Origin: Leptospira biflexa
GTDB taxonomy: Bacteria > Spirochaetota > Leptospiria > Turneriellales > DYLW01
Reading direction: 5' to 3'
DNA length: 64,000 nucleotides
NCBI GenBank assembly: GCA_020720785.1
Contig: DYOA01000001.1
Coordinates: 195 to 64,194 of the forward strand
Below the pieces are notes generated by a model, which had not been told where the DNA came from, did not search any database, and saw only the letters and a program-made list of their open reading frames with translations. Position 1 is the stretch's first letter; each line of letters opens with the position of its first letter. Position numbers and translations under genes: made by a program. This document shows positions 30,455-40,156 of the stretch, piece by piece.

Positions 30455-31700
30455 AGCGTACTCCTGCTCCCACGGAAAAGTGGGAATAATGGGTTGGGTT
30501 GTCCTCTTTTTTTACATTGCCCAGAAAATCAATCTTTTGGATTCTTTCCATTTTCACCGGATTCACTCCGAATGTAAACCCCAGTTCAGAAAATATCTGG
30601 AGCCGGGATCGCGAAAATAACAGAAATCCAGCAAAGGGTTTCACTGCAAAGATCCGGTAATCCATCTCCTTGTAGTTATGCAGAATGGAATCCGGCTCCG
30701 TTTCCTGGAGATAAACCAGTCCGGCACCCAATCCCAGATATGGAGACAAATACTGCCCACGGAGAAAATGCCAGCCCACCCCGACAAATCCGGCATACTG
30801 CCGGTATTCCCGGACTTCTATTTTGGTTTTATATGGAATCTGGTAGCTGTATTCTTCCGTGATGTGCCAGTCCATCTCATAGGAAATAAATATATCAAAA
30901 TTCTGCCATCGGGTGCCGGCGGCTGCGGAAAACAACACATGATCACTTTCCATGTCCAGAGGAGAAAACCAGTATCCCGCCCCTGCCTGGAGATAATATT
31001 TTTGGATTAACTCCGGATAGAGGTTATACTGCCTCTGGATTTTCCCATCGACCAGATTCAGTGTCTCCGTATAATCCTCATAGCCATCTTTATGGAGCAG
31101 AATGTCATGCTTTCCGGGTGGAAGCCGGAAGCCGGTCAGGGGAGTGGTCCCCGCCAGTCTGGAATCCAGGAATACCTCCGCACCTCCGGGGGTGGAAAGG
31201 ACATCCAGTCTCACCATTTTTCCCCCGGTAAGCCCGGCCGCCATGGAACGGACAATGCCCATTTTCTCAAAGATTTCTTCCACACTGCCGGTAATGGACT
31301 CTGATGTGGCCACCCGTGCGGTTTTTACGGATACCAGGCGGAAATTCACCGTCATCCGGGCAGAGCTTCCGGTATAGGAACCCACCAGCAGAAATTCAGC
31401 GTTTTTCATCCGGGCAGAGTCCAGGATGTCATCATTTTCCAGAAGGCCACTCTGGGAAATTTCCACCTCCCGGAGAACCTTATCCATCTGGAGACGTTCT
31501 GTGAGCTGGATACCGGGGGCAGAGGTCAGCTCTGAGGATGTGGCCTCTGCCAGGGATCCGGAGAGAAAATCCAGGCTGGTTTTTCCTGTCTGGTTGGAAA
31601 AATTTGTCACTGCTACCACGGTACTTTTCCCTTCCTCCGCAACAAGACCTGCGAACGGGTTCGCCACCGCCAGAAATCCTGCCAGTAAAATATTCCGCAT
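30444..31700 (-). CDS. Outer-membrane protein: CsgG/LpoB-like N-domain + PEGA domain + C-terminal beta-barrel-like region
   Basis: Signal peptide. VAVTNFSNQTGK...ERLQMDKVLRE...FLLVGSY resembles the CsgG-like fold. PEGA-like LSTPGGAEVFLDSRLAGTTPL...PGKHDILLHKDGYEDY. C-terminus ends ..GVRYAF. Confidence 0.55.
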   Translation of the reverse strand: MRNILLAGFLAVANPFAGLVAEEGKSTVVAVTNFSNQTGKTSLDFLSGSLAEATSSELTSAPGIQLTERLQMDKVLREVEISQSGLLENDDILDSARMKNAEFLLVGSYTGSSARMTVNFRLVSVKTARVATSESITGSVEEIFEKMGIVRSMAAGLTGGKMVRLDVLSTPGGAEVFLDSRLAGTTPLTGFRLPPGKHDILLHKDGYEDYTETLNLVDGKIQRQYNLYPELIQKYYLQAGAGYWFSPLDMESDHVLFSAAAGTRWQNFDIFISYEMDWHITEEYSYQIPYKTKIEVREYRQYAGFVGVGWHFLRGQYLSPYLGLGAGLVYLQETEPDSILHNYKEMDYRIFAVKPFAGFLLFSRSRLQIFSELGFTFGVNPVKMERIQKIDFLGNVKKEDNPTHYSHFSVGAGVRYAF

Positions 31701-31797
31701 AAAGCAGCTTTCTTAAACAAGACCATCCGTCAACATTTTGCCTGTGTACTCCGGAAAAAACACTGGACTTCCTTCCGTAAAAATAAATACTGATCCA

Positions 31798-33321
31798 ATG
31801 GCAAAAAAGGTATTTTTCCACTCCAAAAGAAAAGTCGCTAAGTGGATGGAATTATATCTGATCCTTTTTGTGATCCTCCTTCTCTCATCTCCCGCATTTA
31901 TTTTTCTGGGTATGAATCATAGAAAGCCTCTGCCGTCTATGTATGGTCCCGGTGGAATTCCGGAAGCTTTTATAGAGTTCCAGCGGGATATGGAATACAT
32001 ACGCAAAGCAACATACACCGCAAAGGATATGGATTTTTATATTAAAAAAAAAGCCGGAGAAAGAAAATATAATGTCCGGGAAACTGCCGATTTTTCATGC
32101 CCGGGAGTGAAGCAAAAGTCTCTGCAAATCATTCATCCGGAAAAAAAAGCAAAATTGGCGGTATTTATGCCCTACGAAGGGAAAAAGACCCTGGATCTGC
32201 TGTACATTCCATTTTTTGCCATAACCCGGAAAGCAGCCGTGGACTTTATTCTGTATCCCGCTTCCTGTTCTCCGGAAACAAAGAATATTCTGGCGTATTC
32301 GTCTTATATCCTTTTATCCACAGCACCTCAAGGGAAAACCTATTCAGGAGGAAGAATTTACGGAGCCTTTGGTCTGGCGTCTTCCATACAATGGATGGAA
32401 TATTTTTCCCATCTCCGGGAGGAAACCAAATCCGGGGTGAATCCCATGCTGCGGGATTCTTTTTTTGCCCATAGAAAAACCTTTCTGTCCCAATTGCTGG
32501 AGGCTGGCATCCCGGCCATTGAAATTATCCCCCAGGAAAGAAACGGTGAAATCTGGTCTGCTGCAAAATCTATTGTATTCATCCGGGAAATTCTGATGTT
32601 CCAGAAAGTATGGGAGGATTATCATCGGGCATCCGGGAAACAAAAAGAAATGATGGCAGAGCTTCTGCCCCTGCGCAGGGGTAGTTTCTGGATATCATCG
32701 AATACCGCTTTAACCAATTGGGGAAAATGGTATCTGGGGATTTTCATCTTTCTGTTCAGTTTTGTTCCCCTGGTAAATGCTTTTGCGTTGAGAAATGAAA
32801 GTATCACATTGATTTCTCTGACCAAGGCTGTAATCTATTCTGCGTTTGCTTATCTTTATTATATTATTTTAATTATGGCAAAAAAATTCGGTCTGGAAAC
32901 TCCGGTATACATAATTATGATTCTGGGAATTGTTCTTGTGGTCTTCTTCTTGGCCAGAAGCCGGATTCGGAATTTCATCAACATGCAGGATAATGTGGTC
33001 AGTAATATGGCCATGCTCACTATCATCCTGATATTGCTTTCCTTTTATCAGCCCATTCAGTTTCTGTTTTTTTATTTTATCGCTCTTTCCATTTTTCAGA
33101 TAAAAATGCGATCATACTTCTCTCTTCTGTTTGTCCTTGGCTTTTTATTATTTCCTTTGTTGTTCACTTTATGGAATCCAATGGCCGATTATTTTTCACA
33201 AATCCAGGATGTGAGCACTTTTATGGACGCCTTTTTCCCGGATTCTGTTGCCATTGGTTTTTTCAGTGTCATATCCGGATTTTTTATATCCATGCTGGAT
33301 ACAGATGAAAGGAAAAGATAA
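31798..33321 (+). CDS. Hypothetical polytopic membrane protein with large extracytoplasmic domain
   Basis: N-terminal TM, soluble region of about 300 aa, then about 6 TM helices. No family recognised. Met 31798 is preferred to the TTG at 31738. Confidence 0.5.
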   Translation: MAKKVFFHSKRKVAKWMELYLILFVILLLSSPAFIFLGMNHRKPLPSMYGPGGIPEAFIEFQRDMEYIRKATYTAKDMDFYIKKKAGERKYNVRETADFSCPGVKQKSLQIIHPEKKAKLAVFMPYEGKKTLDLLYIPFFAITRKAAVDFILYPASCSPETKNILAYSSYILLSTAPQGKTYSGGRIYGAFGLASSIQWMEYFSHLREETKSGVNPMLRDSFFAHRKTFLSQLLEAGIPAIEIIPQERNGEIWSAAKSIVFIREILMFQKVWEDYHRASGKQKEMMAELLPLRRGSFWISSNTALTNWGKWYLGIFIFLFSFVPLVNAFALRNESITLISLTKAVIYSAFAYLYYIILIMAKKFGLETPVYIIMILGIVLVVFFLARSRIRNFINMQDNVVSNMAMLTIILILLSFYQPIQFLFFYFIALSIFQIKMRSYFSLLFVLGFLLFPLLFTLWNPMADYFSQIQDVSTFMDAFFPDSVAIGFFSVISGFFISMLDTDERKR

Positions 33322-34345
33322 TACGGGATTCCGGATTGCCGTAAGCGGTACCGGCAGGATTGCATGGCTTCTGGAAAATGATCCGCATAGGTACAAACCC
33401 TGCACCCATCTGGGGGGACTAGTTCATGTTATCAAAAAGAAAGCCACTGACTATGAAATCCTTTTGCGGGATAAAAATACGGAAAATCTCCAGGGGGCTC
33501 AGGATTTTATTCGTAAATCCATCCTCCCATCCGGAATTTCTATTTTTCAGAATATACGGGATATTCCGTTGCCGGATTTGCATATTATCTCCACTCCATC
33601 CGAAGATCACATTGCCATGCTTCTGGAATCCATGGAATTGGGTGTACCCCGTATTGTCGTGGAAAAACCACTGGGGGTAAACCCCAAAGAGATGCGGGAG
33701 TTATCCAAAAAGCTTAAGAAATACTCCGGAAAAATATGGATTCACTATGAAAGAAGATACCATCCCAAATATATCCAGTTAAGAAATGAAATCGCATCCA
33801 GAAAATGGGGAGATCTGACAGGATATTTTGGGGTGTTGCTCTCCATGCACTCCAATCTGTATCCGGAAACCCCCGCAAACGGGAAACCCCCAAAAGAGAA
33901 ACGTCAAAGAATATTTTCAGAAGGAATTCTTCTGCGGGATACCACCCATCTCCTGGATCTGGCACAATTTTTTGCTGGGGAAATAACGGATTTTCATGTA
34001 CGCCGGTTGCGGAATTCCCATACGGTGGAGCTCACCCACCAGAGTGAGCCATCCGTACAGGGAAGTATTCTCACCCAGGCAGACAGCAAGATATTTCATT
34101 TTGAAATAACCCTGTATTTTGAAAAGGCTGTCATTACAGCCGGGAATGGTTTCATTATCCGGCGGATTCTGAAAAAGAAATCATTTCTGAATTTTCATGA
34201 ACCAGAATACAAAACTGATCTAAATCTAAAGGAAAAAGATAATCCGTTCATTGCATTTTACAAAGATGTTCTTTTTGAAGGCGGAAATTCCACATCCGTC
34301 CAGGATGCCATAAGGAATGTACATATTCTGACCCATCCTTCATGA
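33305..34345 (+). CDS. Gfo/Idh/MocA-family NAD(P)-dependent oxidoreductase
   Basis: Rossmann start FRIAVSGTGRIA and family signature RIVVEKPL. Met 33305 overlaps the upstream stop by 17 nt. Confidence 0.65.
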   Translation: MKGKDNTGFRIAVSGTGRIAWLLENDPHRYKPCTHLGGLVHVIKKKATDYEILLRDKNTENLQGAQDFIRKSILPSGISIFQNIRDIPLPDLHIISTPSEDHIAMLLESMELGVPRIVVEKPLGVNPKEMRELSKKLKKYSGKIWIHYERRYHPKYIQLRNEIASRKWGDLTGYFGVLLSMHSNLYPETPANGKPPKEKRQRIFSEGILLRDTTHLLDLAQFFAGEITDFHVRRLRNSHTVELTHQSEPSVQGSILTQADSKIFHFEITLYFEKAVITAGNGFIIRRILKKKSFLNFHEPEYKTDLNLKEKDNPFIAFYKDVLFEGGNSTSVQDAIRNVHILTHPS

Positions 34346-35428
34346 CCAAACAGAGTTTTCCATAGTGTCAATGGGATAAGAGCCCAGAAGCCGGAAAGAG
34401 GGTGTCTGGGATTCTATGGTTTTGATGGCCATCTGCACGTCGTGATCCACAGCATGACCCTCCAGATCAATGTAAAAAATGTATGTCCATGGTTCACTTT
34501 TTGCGGGGCGACTTTCAATACTGGTGAGATTTAATCCGGATTCAAAGATGGACTTGAGGATGGAATACAACGCTCCCGGCTGGTGGGGCAGGGTGAACAC
34601 CAGGGATGTCCGATCTTTGCCGGTTCTCTGTGCTTTATCATGACCAATAACAATAAATCTGGTAAAATTTCTCTTGAAATCTTCAATATTATGGGCCAGA
34701 ACTGGCACGGAATAAATTTCCCCCGCTATGCTGGACCCAATGGCTGCCACATCTTTTCTTTCGCTTTTAGAAATCATCTCAACCCCCCGGGAAGTGGAAC
34801 TGGTTTCTTCAAAGGTAACCCCGGGCAGGTTATGGGTAATCCAGCCCTTGGTCTGGGCAAAAGCCTGCTTGTGGGTATAAACGGTTTTTATATCCCCCAG
34901 ATTCTCCGCCGGGGTTAATAGGTTATGGGCTATGGGGAGGCGAATCTCTGCGTAAATATTTATCTGGTATTGCAGCAGGGCGTCCAGGGTGGCATTCACA
35001 ATCCCTTCGCTTGAGTTCTCAATGGGCAGGACTCCATATTTTATGCGGTTTTTCTGGACGGCATCAAAAATATCCTCAAAATCCCGGAAGGGAATCATCT
35101 CCAGCGAATGCCCAAACCTTTTGATCACGGCCTGATGGGTAAAGCTTCCCGCCGGACCCAGATAGCCAATCTTGAGAGATCCCTCCAGGTATATGGCTGT
35201 GCTCATGATTTCCCGGTAGATATTTTCCACCACATAATCTGGCAGCCCGGTCTTATTGATTTTTTTCAGTTTCTCATAAATCTGGTGTTCTCTGTCCGGC
35301 CGGTACAGTGGGCTGCCGTCTTTTTTTTTCTCCACCGCTATTTTTTTTGCACAGTCCAGACGTTGGGCCAGAAGAGCCATTATTCTTTCATCGATTGTAT
35401 CAATTTCACGTCGCCATTCATCAATCAT
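34340..35428 (-). CDS. pheA: Bifunctional chorismate mutase/prephenate dehydratase (P-protein)
   Basis: N-terminal CM domain (REIDTIDERIMALLAQRL), PDT domain (IGYLGPAGSFTHQA...TRF), ACT domain (TSLVFTL...PGAL..IL..F). Confidence 0.9.
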   Translation of the reverse strand: MIDEWRREIDTIDERIMALLAQRLDCAKKIAVEKKKDGSPLYRPDREHQIYEKLKKINKTGLPDYVVENIYREIMSTAIYLEGSLKIGYLGPAGSFTHQAVIKRFGHSLEMIPFRDFEDIFDAVQKNRIKYGVLPIENSSEGIVNATLDALLQYQINIYAEIRLPIAHNLLTPAENLGDIKTVYTHKQAFAQTKGWITHNLPGVTFEETSSTSRGVEMISKSERKDVAAIGSSIAGEIYSVPVLAHNIEDFKRNFTRFIVIGHDKAQRTGKDRTSLVFTLPHQPGALYSILKSIFESGLNLTSIESRPAKSEPWTYIFYIDLEGHAVDHDVQMAIKTIESQTPSFRLLGSYPIDTMENSVWS

Positions 35429-35438
35429 TGTTTTCCTC

Positions 35439-35978
35439 TTACAAATCTGAAAAATCCATTTCTTTTATTTCTTTGGGAGATGGCAGGTCTGCCAGTCTGG
35501 AAATCCCAAAATATTCCAGAAATTCTTTGGTGGTACCGTAGAGTGTGGGTCTTCCCGGAGCTTCTTTCTGACCCATGGGTTTCACCAGATTCCGGGCAAT
35601 GAGTGCGGAAACCTGGGAGCGGGAATTTGCTCCCCGAATGTCATCAATTTCTGCTGCGGTAATTGGCTGTTTATAGGCAATAATGGATAAAACCTCCAGG
35701 GTGGTTTTGGACAGGGTATCCTTTTTTTTCTGGGCAATAAATTTCTGGATGAACGGGAATGTTTGTGAAGAAGTTATGAAACGGTATTTGCCGGATGCCT
35801 CTTTGAGCTGGATTCCACCATCCCGCTCATGATAATCATCGGCCAAGGTGTCCAGAATCAGACGGATATGATCTTCGCTTTCCTCCAGATTCCGGGCAAT
35901 TTCTCCCGGCGTGAGTCCGTCTCCGGAAATGAATACCAGGGACTCAATGATGGATTTCAGCATCTGGTTATCTTTCAT
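35439..35978 (-). CDS. scpB: Segregation and condensation protein B
   Basis: ScpB winged-helix pattern (IESLVFISGDGLTPGEIA...; ...TLEVLSIIAYKQPITAAEIDDIRG). Overlaps the scpA stop. Confidence 0.9.
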   Translation of the reverse strand: MKDNQMLKSIIESLVFISGDGLTPGEIARNLEESEDHIRLILDTLADDYHERDGGIQLKEASGKYRFITSSQTFPFIQKFIAQKKKDTLSKTTLEVLSIIAYKQPITAAEIDDIRGANSRSQVSALIARNLVKPMGQKEAPGRPTLYGTTKEFLEYFGISRLADLPSPKEIKEMDFSDL

Positions 35979-36768
35979 TGTCCACCAATATTATTTTTAT
36001 ATCAGAAAAAGGATCATTCTGCTCCAGGCGGATTTTCCGTAGACGTGCATATTCAAGAATGGCCAGAAAAGAAACCACAATCATCATCAGAGAAAAATTC
36101 CCCGCCCATGCAAAAAAGTAAAATTCCGGCTCCATGGCAAGTTTTTTATCCAGAGCATCCATCATTTCTTCAATGTTAATATTTTCCGGAGGAATAATCA
36201 TCCGTCCGATTTGTTCGCTCCTGTCCAGAAAGGCACGGAAAACTTTCAAAAAACTGATCAGGTCCACATCCAGAAAATCCATTCCACTTTCATAGATATC
36301 CCAGACCGGTTCCCGGGTAAATGAATTCTGGCGTTCGGTTTCCAGAGACGCAAGAATTTCGGTGGCCCCCTGAAATTTTTTATATTCCAGAAGTTTTTCA
36401 ATCAACTCCCGGGGAAGCACATCGTTTTCCGCACGGGAATCCTCCTCATAACCCGGGTTGGGAAGCAACAGCCGGGATTTATAAAAAATCAGCCGGGTGA
36501 CCATGGAAGCAAAATCCGACCTCTCTTCCAGGGAGATGGCCTTATCCTGGATGTAGGATAAAAAATCGGCGGTGATTTGGGTCAGAGAGACATCAAAGAT
36601 ATCCACTTTATATTTTTCTATGAGCTGCCACAAAACATGCAGCGGACCTTCCCCTTTCTCTCCGCTTCGCAGAAGAAAGGAGACAGAAAAAAAATCCTCT
36701 GCCGGGTCTTCCAGATTTACATTGATAGTATCCAAGAATATTCCTTCAGAAATGAAAACCCATGCCAT
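35968..36768 (-). CDS. scpA: Segregation and condensation protein A
   Basis: EGPLHVLWQLIEKYKVDIFDVSLTQITADFLSYI kleisin N-terminus. Start uncertain: Met 36768, or TTG 36735 with a GAAGGA SD. The track start at 36867 overlaps trpS by 120 nt. Confidence 0.8.
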   Translation of the reverse strand: MAWVFISEGIFLDTINVNLEDPAEDFFSVSFLLRSGEKGEGPLHVLWQLIEKYKVDIFDVSLTQITADFLSYIQDKAISLEERSDFASMVTRLIFYKSRLLLPNPGYEEDSRAENDVLPRELIEKLLEYKKFQGATEILASLETERQNSFTREPVWDIYESGMDFLDVDLISFLKVFRAFLDRSEQIGRMIIPPENINIEEMMDALDKKLAMEPEFYFFAWAGNFSLMMIVVSFLAILEYARLRKIRLEQNDPFSDIKIILVDNER

Positions 36769-37744
36769 CCCGGACCCTGTCCATGGTTTCTCCGGCAGCG
36801 TCTTTTGCTTTCCGGGCACCGTCCCGGAGAATATCTGCGACAATGTCCGGGTTTTTATCCACCTCATTTTTTCTGGTGCGGAAAGGGTCCAGCACGTTGT
36901 TCATTCTTTCTATGATCAGCTTTTTGCATTCAATACAGCCGATGGATGCATTCCGGCAGGCAGCGGAAATTTCACTTTTTTTATCTTCCGCAAAGAAATC
37001 ATAATAGGAATATACCGGACAATTCTCCGGGTTTCCCGGATCGTTCCTGCGGACACGGTTGGTGTCTGTTTTCATTTTACGGATTTTCTGGTCAAGTTTT
37101 TCCGGGGTTTCCGTCAGCATTATGGTATTCCCGTAGGATTTGCTCATTTTCTGTCCATCCGTACCCAAAACTTTGGGAAACCGGGAAAGAAGGGGTTTGG
37201 GGAGCATAAAAATATCGTTATCTTTAACATTGAAATGATTAAAACGCCGGGCAATTTCTCTGGTTAATTCCAGATGGGGAATCTGGTCCTCTCCGATGGG
37301 AACCAGCTCTGCGTTATATAGAAGAATATCCGCTGCTTGTAAAACCGGATATCCCAGAAACCCATGGCTGTCAATGTCCCGGTCAATGATTTCTTGTTTT
37401 TCCTTGTATGTGGGATTGCGTTCCAGCCACGAAACTGGAGTGTACATGGACAGAATTAACTGGAGTTCGGAGTGCATGGGCACATTGGATTGGAGGAAAA
37501 TAACCGCTTTCTCCGGATCAATCCCTGCTGCCAGCCAGTCAGAAACAATCCCTGGAATAAAGGAATGGGCTTTCCGGAATTCCGGATAAAAAACGGTCAT
37601 GGAATGCCAGTCCGCAATCATAAAAAAACAGTCATAATCTGGCTGCAGGGAGGCGTAATTGGTGAGAACCCCCAGATAGTGCCCGATATGCAGACTACCG
37701 GTGGGTTGCATTCCGCTTAAAACTCTTTTTTTGGCATTTCCCAT
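36746..37744 (-). CDS. trpS: Tryptophan--tRNA ligase
   Basis: HIGH (GSLHIGHYLG) and KMSKS (KMSKS) motifs, 332 aa. Confidence 0.95.
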   Translation of the reverse strand: MGNAKKRVLSGMQPTGSLHIGHYLGVLTNYASLQPDYDCFFMIADWHSMTVFYPEFRKAHSFIPGIVSDWLAAGIDPEKAVIFLQSNVPMHSELQLILSMYTPVSWLERNPTYKEKQEIIDRDIDSHGFLGYPVLQAADILLYNAELVPIGEDQIPHLELTREIARRFNHFNVKDNDIFMLPKPLLSRFPKVLGTDGQKMSKSYGNTIMLTETPEKLDQKIRKMKTDTNRVRRNDPGNPENCPVYSYYDFFAEDKKSEISAACRNASIGCIECKKLIIERMNNVLDPFRTRKNEVDKNPDIVADILRDGARKAKDAAGETMDRVRDGMGFHF

Positions 37745-37755
37745 AAAAATATCCT

Positions 37756-38319
37756 TTATTTCCCAGACAGAATAGAAGCTATCCAGGAATCAGAAACAAT
37801 CATCCCCGGATGGAACCATCCCAATACAAGGAAAAGAATCACTGTCAGCTTGAAAACCGTATTTAAGATAACCAGAAAAGGAAAAGGGGTTCCGGATGGC
37901 CAGTAAAGCAGGGCCGCATCCATGGGCGGTATGGGAATCAGATTCAGCACAAAAAGGGTAATGGAATACTGGATCATTTTTACGCAGAAGAAAAATATGT
38001 AGCCATCGGTGGAGGGGGATTTTAACGAAAAATAAAGTAGCACTGCCAGGATAATGCCCAGATAAAATAAATGAGAAAGAAAAAAAACCGGCCTGGAATG
38101 TTTTCGTGCTCCGGATATCAAGCCCCCCCAGGAGACACCAAAAAGAATGAAAGTTCCCATTCCCCAGAAATCCATGAGCTGGATGACGGGCTCTTTTTCC
38201 ATGGATGCCATTTTTTCCTGAAGAAAACCATGGAATAAGGTATGGCCAAAGTACAGGATGAGACCGGCGGGGATGGAGTAAATCAGCTCACCCAGGGTTT
38301 TCAGGGACATTTCTCCCAT
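37756..38319 (-). CDS. Site-2-protease (M50)-like membrane protein lacking an obvious HExxH
   Basis: The NLIPIPPMDAA motif resembles the M50 NxxPxxPLDG block. GHTLFHG sits where HExxH is expected. Start overlaps the thiS stop by 1 nt. Confidence 0.45.
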   Translation of the reverse strand: MGEMSLKTLGELIYSIPAGLILYFGHTLFHGFLQEKMASMEKEPVIQLMDFWGMGTFILFGVSWGGLISGARKHSRPVFFLSHLFYLGIILAVLLYFSLKSPSTDGYIFFFCVKMIQYSITLFVLNLIPIPPMDAALLYWPSGTPFPFLVILNTVFKLTVILFLVLGWFHPGMIVSDSWIASILSGK

Positions 38320-38522
38320 CAGCCTCCTCCCACAAAATGAATAATTTCCACCCGATCTCCATCGACCAGCGGTTCAGTGGAGTATTTTTCCCCCGGAACA
38401 ATTTTCCCGTTTTTTTCCACCGCTATGTGTTGTTCCGCGATTTCATGGTATTGTATCAAACCAAGGATGCATGTTTCCTTTAGTTCTTTTTCATTGAATG
38501 GTTCCCCGTTTAATTGTATCAT
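38319..38522 (-). CDS. thiS: Sulfur-carrier protein ThiS
   Basis: 67 aa with MIQLNGE... start and C-terminal ...VEIIHFVGGG, as in ThiS. Confidence 0.8.
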   Translation of the reverse strand: MIQLNGEPFNEKELKETCILGLIQYHEIAEQHIAVEKNGKIVPGEKYSTEPLVDGDRVEIIHFVGGG

Positions 38523-38534
38523 AAATTTCTCTTT

Positions 38535-39305
38535 TTATATTTTCGGCCACCGCAATCCATCCCAGAGGAATCGTGCATACAGAATCCCCGATAGGGCCGC
38601 CGTTTCACTTTTGAGAACATTATCGGAAAAGGACACGGGGGGAAAATTTCTTTTTAAAAAATCTTTCTCCGGATTGCTCCATCCGCCTTCGGGACCGTTG
38701 ATAAAAAGATAATCCGTGGAAACGGGAATTTTCTCCGGGTGTGCTTCTCCTGTCCAGTCCCCCCAAAAAACAGAAATTCCCGGAAAAGAGCTCCGTATCC
38801 CTACCAAGACAGCCTCCAATCTTCCCTCCATCAGGCGTAATTGGGGTAAAAATGCTGATTTAGCCTGCATACCCGCATTTTCCCGCCATAAAGAAACCCG
38901 TTCTTCCTGCCAGGGATGGTTTCTCTGGGAATAATTGGAGTAAAAAAAAGTGGCCGTGGTCGCCCCGGTTTCCACTGTTTTATGGATAATGGATTCCATC
39001 TGTTTCTTATCCACCATAGCCTGGGCCAGATGAATACGAACCGGGGGAGGGGACTGGAGTAACTCTTCACCGGATGTTTCCAGGGTATTATCCTCTCTGA
39101 GTGTGGCAGGGAGAATCCCCCCATCGCCGTTGCCCAGAAAAATCTGACGTATACCCTGGGTGCGGCGGACATTCCGGAAATGATGGATATGACGGGAAGG
39201 AAGCCTCATTATTCCGCTTCTGGATAGCGTCTGGTACTCTTCCGTGGAAAGGATAAAGAAATATTCTTCTGTTAAATCATTATTTTTCAATGTTCTGCCG
39301 GTCAA
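38535..39305 (-). CDS. rsmE: 16S rRNA (uracil1498-N3)-methyltransferase
   Basis: RsmE pattern: HHFRNVRR near the N-terminus and INGPEGGWS..E in the SPOUT C-terminal domain. Confidence 0.8.
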   Translation of the reverse strand: MTGRTLKNNDLTEEYFFILSTEEYQTLSRSGIMRLPSRHIHHFRNVRRTQGIRQIFLGNGDGGILPATLREDNTLETSGEELLQSPPPVRIHLAQAMVDKKQMESIIHKTVETGATTATFFYSNYSQRNHPWQEERVSLWRENAGMQAKSAFLPQLRLMEGRLEAVLVGIRSSFPGISVFWGDWTGEAHPEKIPVSTDYLFINGPEGGWSNPEKDFLKRNFPPVSFSDNVLKSETAALSGILYARFLWDGLRWPKI

Positions 39306-40149
39306 ACAGTGAATTGTCTATCCGTATATTTTTATCATTCAAGAGCATTTCAAAATAAGTGATGGTACCGGCGGCCAGATCTGCCATTTCCAGTTGTGCG
39401 GCATGGTCTTTGCTTATTTCCTCGCCGTCCTGGGTTTTCACCGGTAAATCCTTATAAATAACATTCATGTTCTTCCAGAGAGTACCATTTTTATCGTAAT
39501 AATCAATACGGACCACCCGGTAATTCTTTTCCGGATCCACAAATACATCCAAGCGGGAATAGGAACCCCTGTCCAGAGGAATATTTTCCACCTTTAGCAG
39601 TCGTTTTTCACCAATCTGGTCATAACCAGCAATCCGGGGGGTATAGTTATTCAAAAAAGGGAGATTCGCAATATCATGGAAAGAAAAACCGGAAAATAAA
39701 ATTTTTTCAAATTTATCCATGGATCTTTTATGGTATAACATTTTTGTCATCTGGTCATACATATAAACATTCTGACCATTGTCATTTATCAGAATTTTTA
39801 TGAGACGTCCTTTGCTGATGGAATCAAATGTTAGCAGTGAATTTCTTTCCTTGTGGTATAAGCTTACCTTATAGGATGTGACATTTCCCAATTTGCTGGT
39901 AATGGTGAACTGGATCTTGGTGAGGCCAAAGGGATACTCCAGATTTTTGGAGACAATTTCCATTAACTCGTAAGCAGAATATGGTATATTGGGTGCCTCT
40001 TCTTTGAGCTTGTCATTCTCTTCCAGTGTATCCAATAGACTCTGCCCATAAGGACCATGAGTATTTGGGATGAAAATAATGCCTGCCGCCAGATATAAGA
40101 GTCCATATCGCAGGAAGCCAGGCAATGGAGCACTAAAAACTTTTTGCAT
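39280..40149 (-). CDS. LolA-like outer-membrane lipoprotein-sorting family protein (tentative)
   Basis: N-terminal hydrophobic segment. C-terminal RLDVFVDPEKNYRVVRIDYYDKNGTLWKNM resembles LolA_like/DUF-type proteins. Met 40149 avoids overlap with the upstream gene. Confidence 0.4.
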   Translation of the reverse strand: MQKVFSAPLPGFLRYGLLYLAAGIIFIPNTHGPYGQSLLDTLEENDKLKEEAPNIPYSAYELMEIVSKNLEYPFGLTKIQFTITSKLGNVTSYKVSLYHKERNSLLTFDSISKGRLIKILINDNGQNVYMYDQMTKMLYHKRSMDKFEKILFSGFSFHDIANLPFLNNYTPRIAGYDQIGEKRLLKVENIPLDRGSYSRLDVFVDPEKNYRVVRIDYYDKNGTLWKNMNVIYKDLPVKTQDGEEISKDHAAQLEMADLAAGTITYFEMLLNDKNIRIDNSLFDRQNIEK

Positions 40150-40156
40150 AACCCAG

